Origin: Salpingoeca rosetta
Lineage: Eukaryota; Protista; Choanoflagellata
Assembly (NCBI GenBank): GCA_033442325.1
Contig: JAWQFM010000011.1
Span: 875,575-937,151 of the forward strand
Direction: 5' to 3'
Length of the DNA stretch: 61,577 nucleotides
Shown one piece after another: positions 1-17,612 of this stretch. The notes under the pieces were generated by a model, which did not search any database, was not told the origin of the DNA, and worked only from the letters and a program-made list of their open reading frames with translations. Made by a program: the position numbers and the translations under genes. Each line of letters starts with the position of its first letter. Positions within the stretch are counted from its first letter, which is position 1.

Positions 1-211
1 CCCCTCTTCCTAGACAGCTTTATTATACTTTGGATGATGGCGTAGTTGTGGAGGGGGGGGGGGGACTCGTCACACACCCTCTGTGATCGGTAAGTCTGTT
101 GTAGGAGATAATAATACACACACAAAGACCTCCTCCTCGATTGACAACTAAAAATATAGTAGAAATATACAAAAAAAAGGCCCACCCACATACATACTCA
201 CTCGCACACTT

Positions 212-269
<58 letters not shown>

Positions 270-303
270 GCACAAACACACACACACACACACACACACG
301 CAC

Positions 304-1101
304 CTGGACAAGTGAGTCGGTGACTGCGAGCGCTCGCACTCCCTGAAGGGCTGCACGACCATCTCCTTGCCAAAGTGGCGGTTCTTCTCGCGAACAATGT
401 CGACGGGCGTCGGGTAGAAATAGGTGCGGGCGAGGAAGTCAACCATGGTCAGCACGCCCGTCACGCCAATGGTCAGGAAGAAGACGGCCCAGAACTTGTT
501 CGCCTCCATCGAGTGCAGGAACACGCCGAAGAAGGGGGATTGGAACTGTGCACAAGGGAATTGGGGGGTGGGGAGTGTGAGGGGTGCGAAGGGTGCCAGC
601 AAGCATACACACATACAGAGCATGACAAACACGCACAACACCAAACAGATCAACAAACAATCAGAGACACAGACACAGACACAGACACACATACATACAC
701 ACACGAACACACGAGCGAGGGGGTTGCACGCACGTAGAAGATCCAGTCATCCCAGGTGTAGAGGACGGAGAAGAGGAGGAACCAGGAGATGGGGCCGATG
801 ATCAGCGTCACAAAGTTGAGCCATGTCCAGTACCGGCTCATCAGGCCAAGCTGTGTGTGTGGGTGGGGGGGGGAGTAACGATAAGCAGACGTATCAGGAG
901 AAGGCGTTGATGTGCAATGGAATTAAGTGGCACACAGACACAGACACACACGCACACACACACACACAGATACAGACACAGACAGACAGACACACATACC
1001 TCCAGGTTGACGACCCAGACGAGGCAGACGGAGATGGTCGTGGAGAGGAACGAGTAGTCGCCGGCCTCCTGCCCGATGCTGTCAACCTATTGCGTTCCAG
1101 C

Positions 1102-1152
<51 letters not shown>

Positions 1153-3809
1153 CACACATACAGACACACAGAGACATAGACAGACAGACACAGACAGCCA
1201 GAGCAAAAACAATACCAATGATCACGCGTGAGATGGACATGCACCCTCACATCTCCCCACCCGCGACTTTCCTGAACCATCACGTCATGATCATGACGAC
1301 CACCACAATCAACCGCATCATCGCGAACAGCACAGCGCACCTGCCCGCCAAGGGTGATGGCGCCATATGCGACGAAGAAGATGACAACGCTGTGGAAGAT
1401 GCCGCGCAGCAAGCTCCAGTAGAAGGAGAGGCGGCTGAAGTAGAAGTTCCGCGGGCCGGCCTCGTACAGCAGCGGGAAGCTAATTGAGTCGCGCGCAGAG
1501 ACGTCCTGCTCCAGCGTGCCGATGACCAGGATGGGCAGCGACGTAAACACCACGTTGTACGTGGAGATGAACACACCGTCGTAGATCGTCTAAGGAAGAA
1601 GACGCGGGTTGTGTGTGTGTGTGTGCATGTGTGCGTGCGTGCAAAAGGGTGAGGTACGCAAATGAAGGTCAAATGGGTACTGGCAACAGGGAAGACTGGA
1701 AACTTGGGATGCACGCAGTCGAGTCACCACAACACAACAAAACAACACAACAAAACAACAAAACAAAACAACAAAAAACAACACAAAACAACACAACAAA
1801 ACACAACACAACACCACACAACACCACACCAGACACAAGGCACAACAGAAAACCAAGCACATCATCACGAGTTCTGACCAGGGCGGAGAAGCCGCAGAAG
1901 AAGGCGAAGAAAAACTGTGCCCAGGCGTAGGCAAAGTTCTTGTAGAAGAACCAGCGCAGGAACACGGACATGCGCAGGTACGACCACCGCCCGTGCACGA
2001 GCAGCAGCCGCTGCAGATATGCAAACTGCGCCAGGGCGTAGTCTGACGCAAGCACGGCCTGCCTGCCCTCAAGACCGCTGATGCCAACGCCAATGTGGGC
2101 AGCCTTGATCATGCTGACGTCGTTGGCGCCGTCGCCAATGGCAAGCGTGATGGCCTTGCGCCGCGACTTGACAAGCTTCACCACCTGCGCCTTCTGCAGC
2201 GGTGAGACGCGGCAGCACAGCACGGCGTGGCACTGCGAGCACACGTCCAGGAAGAGGGCCTCAAGGTCGCGCTGCATCTGCAGTCGCTCTGGCGTCCACT
2301 TGAGGGTCGTGGTCCCGTCTTCGTTGCGCACAACCTCCTCCTTGCGCTCCTTCATCGTTGGTGGCAGCGGGAACGACAGGCTGGCGGTGGCGGTGGTGTT
2401 GAAACACGGGCGTCGGGATGAGGATGGAGGAATTATAGCAATTAGGCGTGAAAATGATTGGACACCGATGCACCAAGAACCGTGCAGGCACACAGACAAA
2501 GACAGACACACAAAGACAGACAGACAGACACAGACACAAAGACAGACACACAAAGACAGACAGATAGACAGAGTCAGACACAACAAACACACACACACAC
2601 ACAGACACACACACACACACATTCACACAAACACCCCCAACCACGCAGAGCCACTCAGCAGTACCTCTGTCCGGTGATGACGAGGGCAAAGGGGCGGTGC
2701 TCGCGGCCAGAGGCGGCCATGTCGTCCTTGGCCGCGCGCAGTTGCTGCTCCACGTCCTCAAACTTCTTCCCGTCAATGATAAACAGCGGCTCCATCTCCG
2801 ACTTGAGCAGGCGGCAGGAGAAGCCAATGTTGATGGCCGTCTCAAGTTTGTCGCCCGTCAGCACCCACACCTTGATGCCGGCACGCATGAGGTTGGCAAT
2901 TGTCTCCGGAACGCCGTCCTGCAGCTTGTCCTCAATGGCGGACGCGCCAACGAGCTCAAGCTCTGTCTCAAGCTCCTGCGCAACAGCAGCGAGCTGCACA
3001 CAATGGAAGGAGGAAGGGGGGGGGGCAAGGAGCGTACGGTGGGGCAGGTGTGTTGTGAGTGTACGACACATACAACGGACAAATGGAACAAATGGAACAA
3101 AAGCAAGCGCAAGCAACAGAAAGAAACACAAGAAAGCAAAGGAATGATGCGGCATACAGCAGGCTGTGGGTGATGATGAAAGGTGATGCTTGGTGGTGCG
3201 TTGCAAAGTGCACAGGCAAGGCGGCCACAAAGCACTGTGCCAGCGCCATGCCACCATCACGCGTGCTGCAGCCACCACACCTTGTCCTTGCGGTCGTCTG
3301 TCTCGCACACGTCTGCATCGTAGTATCGTTTTGCCCAGTCCTCGTACCACTCCGACGAGAGCCTGCGCTTCGCCAGCACCAGCGTGCGCAGTCCATCCTT
3401 TGCAAACTCGTGCAAGTGTGCGTCCACCGCCGGCCAGTCGCGCTCCTGGCTCGCCTGGCTCAGCAGCGGCTGCATGATCGTGTCTGCGCCCTTGCTGTAC
3501 GCCGTGATGCCGCCATCCGGGTCCCGCACGACCACAGTCATGCGCTTGCGGGTGGAGGTGAACTCGATGATGTTGAGGAGCCCGTACGTGCGGCGCTCGC
3601 CGAAGAAGTCGAGCTCAATCGTCTCGCCCGTCCGCCGCGTAAACTTGATGCCCACGTCCCTGCAGGATGGTGATTGTGGTGGTGGCAGGGTGGTGATTGT
3701 GGTGGTATGGTGACGTGAGCTGTGATGAAACAAAGAAGAATGCAGGCAGGCAGGCAGAGAGACGCAGGAGGCAAAGACGCGCGCGCACACACACAGAGGC
3801 AAGGGAAGG

Positions 3810-3866
<57 letters not shown>

Positions 3867-4464
3867 AGACCTTGAAGCCTCGACGAGGGCCTTTTCGTCT
3901 GGGGACTGTGCCTGGTAGTCGAGCTCGCCATCGTCCGTCTTCTCCGGCCGCACCGTCTGGCACACGGCAAGGTGCTCGAAGAACTCCACCACGTTGGCAT
4001 CGCGGGAATCAAGCGCGCGGTGCAGGCGGTCGTCGATAAATCCCGTGTACGGCTGCCCAACAACAGCAGGTTTGCCTGGCAGAAGGGGGGGGGGGAGGGG
4101 AAGCCGAACGGGCGTGAATGCGAGTGTGAATGTGAGTGTGAATGCGAGCAGGAATGTGTGAGTGAGTGTGCGTGTGTGTGTGTGTGCGTGCGCGCGCGCG
4201 TGTGAGTGAGTGAGTGAGTGTGCGTGTGTGTGTGTGTGCGTGCGCGTGTGTGTGGTTGCGCGCATGAAGAGCACAGCACCGTGCGCACACGGAACCGATA
4301 AATTGGCAACGAACCGTAAATGTTGCCGGCGATGGAGCATTGCAGGAAGCGCATCACGTTCTGGGTCAACGTGCCCGTCTGATAATGGCAGCAGAATGGG
4401 TTGATTGGTTGTTGGAAGGAAGAAAAACGGGGCATGAGGGAGGTGGCACAAAATGGAGCGACAA

Positions 4465-4560
<96 letters not shown>

Positions 4561-7500
4561 GCGCGCACACGCACAAAGGAAAGCAACTAGCCACAGCCGA
4601 CCTTGTCGCTGAAGACGTAGTCGATCTGGCCGAGCTCCTCGTTGAGGGTGGTCGTGCGGGCGACGGCGGGCGTGTCTGTCTCCTCAAAGTACATCTTCAC
4701 GTCAAGCCCAATCAGCTGGCTCTGCGCAAGTCGGATCAACTCAACGCTGTTGTGTGTGATGTGTGATTTGTGCGTGTGTGTGATGTGTGTGAGGTGCAAT
4801 GACAAGGCACATCAAACGGGCGAGCAACAGTGAAAGCACGCAGAGTAAACACAACCACAAACAACACAAACAAACAAACAACAAAACGAAACCAAGCCAA
4901 AACAAGCACCACAACGACAGCACGTGGCCAGACCTGACGTAGAGGGAGATGGGGACAAGGTTTGAGAGGACAATGAGGTACGAGAAGAACTGCAGAAACG
5001 CAATCTGGTTCGGGTTGTCCGACTGCCGGTTAAGGTACTCCATGAACCGCTGCGCACACGCGTGAGACAAAGGAGACAAGTGCATCGAAGCAGGTGAGGG
5101 TTAGAGAGAGAGAGAGAGTGTGTGTGTGTGCGTGCGTGCGCGCGCGCGTGTGTGTGATGAAGAAGGAGAGGGGGCAAGTGCGCTGACACGCCAACATCAC
5201 GCACAGACCTTCTCTTCCCTCTTCTCACTGCGCATTTCCAACCGCACTCTCCCTTCCTGCTCTGTCGTGATCGCGACGCACCTCTCCCTGTGTGCGCTCC
5301 CAGTAGCCGCTGAGGATGGCGAGGGTGACGCACATGGCAAACAAAACAAAGAAAATCTGGATCACAAGGTTGTTCAGCTGCTTGTCAATGTGCGTGCGCT
5401 TAAACCGAACACGGCCTGAATAGTGCGTATGAGAGTGGGTGCGTGTACATGTGTTTGTGTGTGTATGAGTGTGCATGTCCATGTGTGCATGTGCATGAAT
5501 AGTGAGGCACTGTGCGGACAGACACAGGGACAGTTGCACACAAGCGTGTGCGTATGGAAGACGGTGTGCAGGACCCAAGGGTGCTTGCAAGCAAAGGGGC
5601 GCGCATCGGGGCAAGCGGTTCACCAAGACATGTTGGTATTACTCACCGCTGTTGCGCATGAGCTTGGTGTCGTTGCCAGTGTACACGACGACGCCACGAA
5701 TCTCATTCGTGTTGCGAAGGCGACAGCCCTGAACACATGCACACGCGCGCGCATATACACAATGGAATAGGAGCACAAGGCACAGGTGGACAAGATGAAA
5801 AGTGTGAGACGTGAGGCGAGTGCGCGACAAACACAATACACAACAACAACTCAACAGGACCAAGTGAAGAAAAGCGCGCGAGGGAGAGAACGTGTATGTG
5901 TGCATGTGTGCATGCGTGTGTGTGCATGTGTATGTGTGCATGTGTGCATGTGTGTATGTGTGTGTGTGTGCGCGCGATGTATGTGTTGTCGCACCCTGAG
6001 GATGACGTTGTTGTTGCTGATGGGGAGCGGTTTCTCGCCGTTAACGGAGATGGAGCCATCAAAGTCGTCGAGCCTGTTGTTCGGCGGGTTGCATGACACC
6101 TCGCCTGTGGTCACGCGGAGGAGAGGGTGGGGGGGGGAGACAGAACAGGGGAATGACAGGGGCATGACGGGGTAACACAAGGGGAACAACACAAGGTCAA
6201 GAGAAGCGGAGGCATGATCAGGCCCTCGGAAACGGGGTGTGTTTGCATCGTTGAATCAGAATCAGGGGATACAACGCACGTTCGACGACCAATCGACACC
6301 GTACATGCACCGAATTAAGCAGACAGAAGAGTAGCAACATCGACAAACGCACGGACACGCACAGGCACGCACAGACACAGTCACGCACACACACACATAC
6401 ACACACACACACTCACACACTCTCACTCACTCACTCACACGCACACAGCTACAGCGGGTGCGTACATGTCATGGCAGAGAGCTGCTGTGCGGAAGAGAAT
6501 TCGCGCGTGGGCTCTGAGGCGTAGCGTTTCTTGAGGTTTGTCTCGCCATCAAGGTCTGCCGTCTCGATGTAACAGTCGTGGTCGGCCTCCGTTGTCGACA
6601 GCACAACAAGATCAGCCTGGTCCGCGGTGATGGGTGGTGGTGGGTGGTGGTGGGTGGTGGGTAAGCAATATAGGGAGGTGCGTGTGTGTATGTGTGCGCG
6701 TATGTGTGTGTGTGTGCGTGTGTGTGCATGTGTGTAAGTTGTCGTGCGATGGCGTGAAGCATGTAAGTCTTTGACACCAGACACGAAAAGTCACGCGCAG
6801 ACAGGCCACAGCAGCGGTCACCACGCATCAACATCATGGTCATCATCACGTTGATCACACGCACCGGGACAAAGTCGTCTTTTCTGAGGCGAATGATTTC
6901 TCCCACATGCACATCCTGCCACTGTGACTCCACCCACCTGTCATCGGCACATTGTGATACGTGAGCCCAAGCACACAAAAAGACAGGCAGACAGGCAGAG
7001 ACACACAGAGAGAAAGAGCTTGAGAGAGAGAGACAGACAGAGAGAGACAAAGGCAGACAGACAGAGAGAGAGACAGAGACAGAGAGAGAGAGAGACAGAG
7101 AGAGAGACAGAGAGAGAGAGAGAGACGAGCAGACAGACAAGGCACACAGAGGGAAAACAAAGAGGGAAAAGACAGACGGACGAACAGACAGACAGACAAA
7201 CAGACAGATACACACACAGACACACACGCACGCACGCACACACGAGGAACAGACACACAAAACAAAACGACAGCCGCCCTGTACATTGACACCCTTGTCT
7301 CTCCCCAACTGACTTGCTGTTGCGAAGAACGTCGATGGCGCGGTTGTTGATGGTGGCATCGCTCTTGTGGCGCTTGTAGTCGTCGTTGCCGTCCTTGACA
7401 GCGGTGACGCCGAGCACAAACACGAGCGGCAGCGCCGTGGTGATGGGGCTGAGGGAACTAATCTGCGGGATCAGCTGCAGGATGAGCTGCAACAGGAAAT

Positions 7501-8477
7501 AGGCGTTGGCCACGCGCATGAACTGCTCAAACAGGTTCACGGGCAGGAACGTCAGCAGCGTGTACTTGGCCGTCTTGATCCGGTTGCCCTGTATGCACAA
7601 ATACGAGCAGAGGACAAGACAGGCAAGCCAGGACAAGGCATGACACAAACACATGGTGAGGGAGGGAGTGAGGAACTTTGCACAGCAGGTCAGCTGATGC
7701 TGCCATCATCAAGAACCTCTTGGCTCGCATGCAAGCACGTGAGAGCGCGTGCACATGCACATCTGCCATGCCATGCCATGCCATGCACACACAACGCACA
7801 TAGTCTGCACGGAAGTGTTTGCATCGCTCTTCATTCTTCTCCGGATCGTTGGCCCATAGGAGCCGACGCTCCTCGACAAGGTCTGACAACAGCAGCAACA
7901 CCAAGAACACAGGCAATCATCACAGGCAAAGCAAACGGTGAGCAAGAGAACGTGCACCACGAGTGTAGTGGTCATGAGGTATGTGTTGTGTGTGAGTTGA
8001 GCGAAGTTTGTGTGTGTGTGTGTGTGTGTGTTGTGTGTGCGTGTGTGCGTGAGTGTGCGTGTGAGCAGTGGAGGGGCTCGATCTCCGAAAGCACACTGTT
8101 TGGCCTTCATTGGTGTCTATGCAGCAGTGGGAAAGAACGCTCCGATCTCCGCCCTGCCCACCAAAGCGCCGCCCGTCTCTTTCCCTTCCAGACTCCCATC
8201 CACACACACTCCGGCCGGCACATGCACAGCCACGCCCCCCTCCTTTGACGTGTCTCTGGCAACGGTCCTTGCTCGCTCGGTGGATCACACGCACACGCAC
8301 ACAGACATCAGCCCAAGTGCACGACTGCCACGTGCACGGGTGGGGGTGTATTGGCATATCCCCTCACGTTCCGTGCCTTCCATGCACAGGGAGGCTGCGA
8401 TCCTGCATCCATCCTCGCTCACACTCACCAACCACAACACCAACCACAACTCATCGTCTCCCAAACTCACCTGCCAT
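304..8477 (-). CDS. P4-type ATPase (phospholipid flippase), ATP8-like; multi-exon, 3' end runs off the left edge
   Basis: Spliced exons give [15 protein letters not shown]..., [23 protein letters not shown]-domain [12 protein letters not shown], the P4-specific TM4 motif LVPISLYV, phosphorylation motif FSDK|TGTLTQN (split by an intron), [26 protein letters not shown] and FFYKNFA. First coding exon is ATGGCAG (8471-8477) followed by a GTGAG donor. The last visible donor is at 303. Confidence 0.93.
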
Positions 8478-8552
8478 CCTCCTTCCTTGGGGTTTGGCAG
8501 AAGATTCGATAATTGGCCATTACACCAACAAATTGTCACACCACCGCGGAAG
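8478..8552. promoter_or_regulatory. Very short divergent spacer between the P4-ATPase and WDR61 start codons
   Basis: 75 bp between the two inferred ATGs, each followed by a GTGAG donor. Confidence 0.5.
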
Positions 8553-12074
<3,522 letters not shown>

Positions 12075-12722
12075 GCGGACGCACTGGCAACCGCGGCGGC
12101 AATGGGAGGGAGAACGAATTGGGACACACCAAACACGTTAACATCAGTGGAAGGCAACGAAAGGACTTGCTGATGACACAGCAACGGTACGGTGTGTTTG
12201 TGCGGGTGTGCGTATGTGTGTTTTGGAGGAGTCAGGAGAGGTGCAGTGTGGACAGCAGAGAAGGAACAACACAGAGGGAGACGGAACAACCGGCCGCCCT
12301 CGTTCCGTTTTCGTGACAATCAAAAAACATCATCAGAAATAAACAGATGCAACCACAGCTGAAGGGAGAAGCACCAGCGCCCAAGACGGACGGGGAATAA
12401 TGGATACACAATTGAGGATAACAAAAGCAACAGAGGAGGGTGGCGCGCATGCGTGTGTGGATGCGTGTTGTGGGTGATGAAAGTTGTGTTGCGAGTGGTG
12501 TTGTGTGTTGGGCGTTTGGTGTGGATGAAAGGGGGAAGCAAGTTGGCGGAAGAGTAACATCTGACCTCGCAGTGCAGACCAAGGGCAAGGATTCACACGG
12601 TAAGAAGAGATGGCAGCAGGAACAGCACAAACATAAGAGCTACAGAAACAACAACAGACGAAGAGAAGTAAGCAACGCAGCGCCGTGCGCAATGTGGGCT
12701 GTTAGGCGCGAGGCAGCATGCT

Positions 12723-14951
12723 TCACCACAAGATGGGCTGTGATGAGAAATGCTTGAGGCTGTGCGTCTCCAAATTGCTCAGGAACTTTGGATACTCCCG
12801 CTTCGACACCGCCCTGGCAGCAGAAGGAAGAAAGGGGTGGGGTGAGCACAGTATGTGTTTGGAACGTGCACACACGCACACGCACACACGCACACATACA
12901 CACATACACACGCACACAAACACGCACACACACACACAAACACGCACACACACACACACACACACACGCACACACACACATACACACCCGCACCCGCACA
13001 CACACACACACACACACACAGTGCGCGCAGGCAACGGGGCAGAAAGTATGTAACAGCCATCACAACGGAGAACACGCTGGAGCACATTCCCTCAACAACT
13101 CTTTGACTGCAACCCGTGGCACTGTGACTCACTTGACGACAGAGGCCGGGGCCCAGCCGCCCGGGTGGACATAGGCCAGGTACGTCAGCTTCGCGCCAAT
13201 GTCTGCGCGCGTCAGCTTGCTCTTGTCGGCGCTGGCGGGTACCTGCGTCTCTGCCATGAGCAGCACGTTGGCTGTGAGGCGGACATACTTGTTGGCGGGG
13301 GCGTCGTCGTGGTCCACAGACGTGTTCTGCACCATCCACCGGCTGCAGCGGCAATGCGTGTGGGTGGTGTGTGATTGAGCGGTCGCGAAGAAACACGTCA
13401 CGTGAGCAAGGGCATGCGTGTTTGTGGGAAAGCACACGGATGGATGGATGAGTGGGCAGCTGGGCAGCTGAGGGAAGGTTGGGAACAGAGGTACGGGGCG
13501 CAAAAGCAGCAGGCAGGCAGCATGTGCAAAGCAGGGGCAAGTCTTAAGCAGCCTCAGGCAGTGGCGCTTGCTCGTGCAAGCCCATAGATACGCACTTGGT
13601 GTTGAGTTGGCGCATGTGAGAGAGGATGCATGAATCGCGCTGCGCCGTGGGCCAGACACGCTTGTGGATGTTGTGGCACACGTTCGTGTTGTTGTCCAGC
13701 CACTCCAGCACAAAGAACTTCTCAACCGTGTCTGCAAGCAGTGGATCAGTGCACAGGGTGTGTTGTGGTGTGTGTGGTGGGGGGGGGAGATGAGGCGCAA
13801 GGCAGGAAACCACAGCACTGGAATGCCAACAGTGCGGCTGCAAACGCGCACACGCACAAGGATACCCGCAGGGTTGCAAAGGAAGAGCTCACATACACAT
13901 ACAGACACAAAGATACACACGTACACATACAAACATACGACACATACACAGGCACAAAGATGCGCACGTACACATACAAACATACGACACACAACACACG
14001 ATACACGACATCTGACACACACACACACACACAAGATGGAAAAAGACTCACGTTCCCACTCAAGCCTGAGGTCTGTGTCGAAGAAGTAGGAGCAGACTTC
14101 GCGGCCAGTGAGGCCCGGGATGAAGTGGAATGCCTTGAGCTGGTCCGTCGTCTCCCCAGCGGCCTCTTCGTTGCGCGTGTACACCGTCATCTGGCCCTCC
14201 TGTTCGCGTGCAGTACAGACGCGTTCGTTTGGGGGGGGGGAGGAGACAGGGTGTGCGAGTGAGCGAGTTCAAAAAAGAGCGCCAGGGCACTGGGTTTCAT
14301 GCAGCCAACCCAGCAGCCAACAGAGTCGCGGGCATCGGCAGTGCAAGTGGTACACGCGTCTCAGACATTAGCACATACCTCGTGGGTGAGCAGCCACATC
14401 TCCTCGACAGGCTCGTCTGCCAATTTCAAATTTTCCTTCAGCTTTCCCTCGAGCAGCGACGAAAACTGGTGCGACATGACAGAGCCGGGCGCTGGCTTGT
14501 TCGCCTGTGCACGCGGGGAGGTGACGGTGAGCGTGTGATGCAGATCTCACACGCACACAAACACATGTACACACAACACGCGAGAACACACCACAATCAG
14601 CGCAGGGATAACAGAACACGTCCAACAACAAGATGTTTGGCAACACAAGCAGTACACAGAGCATAGTGGGCAGCCGTCGAGCGAACAGGTGCAGAATGCA
14701 CAGGAGCAGAGAGTGTACGGACCACGCGTTGGGCCTCAAGTTCGCGCTCTCTGCGCTCCTCCTCCTCTTCGGCCTCCAGCTGGTCCAGCCCAATCTCGAG
14801 CGCATCGAAAAACTCCTCGTCGTTCAGCACTGATGGCCCAAAGGGGTGTGTGAGCAAAGGACAGACGGAAAGGTGGTCGGGGGATGACAGGGTGAGGTGG
14901 CTTGTGTATTCGCACGACAAAGTAACTCAACACACCTTCGCTCACGCGAAC

Positions 14952-14982
<31 letters not shown>

Positions 14983-17612
14983 GGTAGGCAGACAGGCAGA
15001 CACACACAGACACACACACACAAACAAACAAACAAACAAACAAAGCAAAACAAAACAGACAAGCAAACAAACAAACAAAACAAAACAGACAAGCAAACAA
15101 AACAAAGCAAAACATAGCGAGGGGGCAAGTACTGACTGCTGTGGGGGCCCTCCTCGAGGTCTGGGTTGTTTGGAAAGGGCTGCGGGGCCATGTCGCGCGA
15201 GCTGCGGACCTCAAGCTCAAGCTTCCGCTTCTTCTCGCTCAGGCGCTCGTACTTGCGCTGCCACTCCTGGCAAGCACGGCAAACACGGGACGTGAGGGGT
15301 ACACGGTGCGAGTGGTATTCCGGGGCGCATTCCCAGGCACGAATAAGCCACGTATGGCAACACACACACACACATACATGCACGCGAAGGCACGCATTCC
15401 ACTCCAATAAACACGCATGGCTCAACAACTCCCCAAAACACCCACGCCCCCTCCCCCGGGCGCATCTGCCTTGGTGGTGGTTCACAGCGCACCTCTTCAC
15501 GCCTGGACATGACGTCCATCCACTCGGTCATTGCGCGGAGGAGACCGGACGACGTGGACTTGACGAGCGCGGCGTCGCGCTGCAGATCGCCAACGTCCGC
15601 CGTCTCCAGCGACGCGAGCGCCCGCTGCAGCTGGTCAATCTGGTGGCGTGCCGGGGTGCCGTGGTGGTGGCGATAATGGAGGGAGTGTGTGAGAGAAAGA
15701 GTGGTGCGGAGACACGGCGCAATTCGGGTGGTCAATGACGTCATCACGACTTGTATTGAGCCTACAAAACAAGCAGACAACACAGACACACACACAAACA
15801 ACAAACAAACAAACAAACAAACACACCTGGCCGACAAATGCGTCGTGGAGGGCCTTTGACTCCATGTACTTGTCTGTGACGGAGCGAGTGTAGGAGTGGC
15901 CCGAAGTTCCGGAGGAGATGGAGGTGAGCGACATGGACGACGGCCGCCGCGTCAGGCCTTTCGCGCGCATCCGCTGCAGTGGGAGATGGCAGCAGGCGCG
16001 GATGATGGGCGTGCATAAGAGTTTGAGGAGGATCAGCGAGGGAGATACATGGAAAGAGCTGATTGGACGTTGAGCTGGCATGTACAGCCATACACAAACG
16101 TTCAAAGTTGAATTCGCACACGCACACACACGCACACACGCACACATATGCATGCACATGCTCTTTCTCTCTCGCATCCCCTTCGCGCGCACATACACGC
16201 ACGCACGCACACACGCACGCACCTGGGTCTCCTGGAGAGACTTGACCCACTCGCCACGCTCCTCTGTGGAGGAAGCGCGGAGGTAGTAGGCGTGGTCCTT
16301 CAAGATGACATCAAACCGCAGCTGGTCGTACGGGTGCGGCTTCACGCGCGCTTGTACCACGTCCACAGTGCCTGCACATGGCCAAACACAGATTTACATA
16401 CGTGAGTGAGTGAGTGAGTGAAAGAGTGAGTGAGTGAGTGTGTAAGTGAGTGAGTGAGTGTGTGTGAGAGAGAGAGAGTGTGTGTGTGTGAAAGAACATG
16501 CGCTTCACACACACACACAATTGTTGTGCTCTGGATCACAAGACATCGACGTTGCCAGCTGTTCATGTGTTCGCATTCAGCAGGCTCACGCTCAAACGAT
16601 GCTCCACACGGTACAGCAACAACGCACCTCTGCAAAACTTCTGCTTGTCGTCAGCGGATTTGAAGTAGGAGAGAATGCCCTTCTGCAGGACGACGTAGCG
16701 GTCTTGCCAGCCGTGGATGTAGTTTGTCCACTTGGCCATCACGCCCTCCCTGCACGGCATCACGTCTTCGTCGCCGCTGTCAGAGGCGGTTCCATCTGAC
16801 AGCGCGTCCGGCGAGTGCCGGTCCGTCATAAACGACCCAGACACAACGTCGGATATGCTGCGCTTGTGCTTCATGAATGTAGCGCGGGTGGTTGCGGCGG
16901 GAAGGTGCACGACCGTTCCCGTGCGCTCAGACAGCGCCGATGCTGCGCGCACACGGCGACGGCTGCTCCCACGGCCGCCCGCACACGTGTGCGGGGACGG
17001 TGTGCGGTCTGCGTCAGAGGGCACGGGTGGTGGCGCGTGCCCGTCGGCGGCACCCGGCATGATGGTGGTGTCTGGGTCGGTGGTAGCGGTGGCAGGGTTG
17101 TTGGGGGCAACATCAGCGTCAATGGCGTCAATGGCGCTGTCTTGGACGGAGGCGCGGCTGGCACCGCACTGCTCGTCACTGTCGGGATGGGCGGCAGTCA
17201 GGTCGGAGGCGTGGGCTGGCCGCATGCTGCTGTTTACGGTGGTGTTGGTAGTGTGGGCTGCCTCTGCTGTGGAGTGGGCTCCTTCGTGAAGCGGAGGCGT
17301 GCGTTGGTGGTGCAGGTCCTCTTCGACCTCCGTGTCGTCTCCGTCCTGGTCAACGGCGGCTTCTTCCTCTTGTTCTTCTTCTTCTTGCTGCTGTTGCTGC
17401 TGTTGTTCCTCCTCCTCTATTCTTCGCTGGTACTGCTGCTGCTCGTGTTGGTGGGTTTCCTCGGCCTCTGTCTCTGGCGCCTCTGGCAGCGGCGGTGCTG
17501 CCTTGTCCTTTCGGTCGCCCTTCTTGCGCTGGGGTTCCTCTGCTGCTTGATCGTACCTGCCCAGCGTGTGCCGCTTTACAAACGAACCGGTTCGTCGCAG
17601 AAAGTCAGCCAT
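12723..17612 (-). CDS. CERT1: Ceramide transfer protein (PH + serine-rich motif + FFAT + START) with a long N-terminal extension
   Basis: PH domain [20 protein letters not shown]...RFDV...YYLRAS; serine-rich [17 protein letters not shown]; EEGPHS|[16 protein letters not shown] (FFAT); START segments [35 protein letters not shown]; C-terminus [11 protein letters not shown]...QPILW*. Confidence 0.93.

Noticed and set aside
8471-8520. Alternative P4-ATPase start at the ATG at 8520
   Set aside because: It gives phase 2 at the donor, out of frame with the next exon. The ATG at 8477 is in frame; the 8520 ATG could at most start a uORF.
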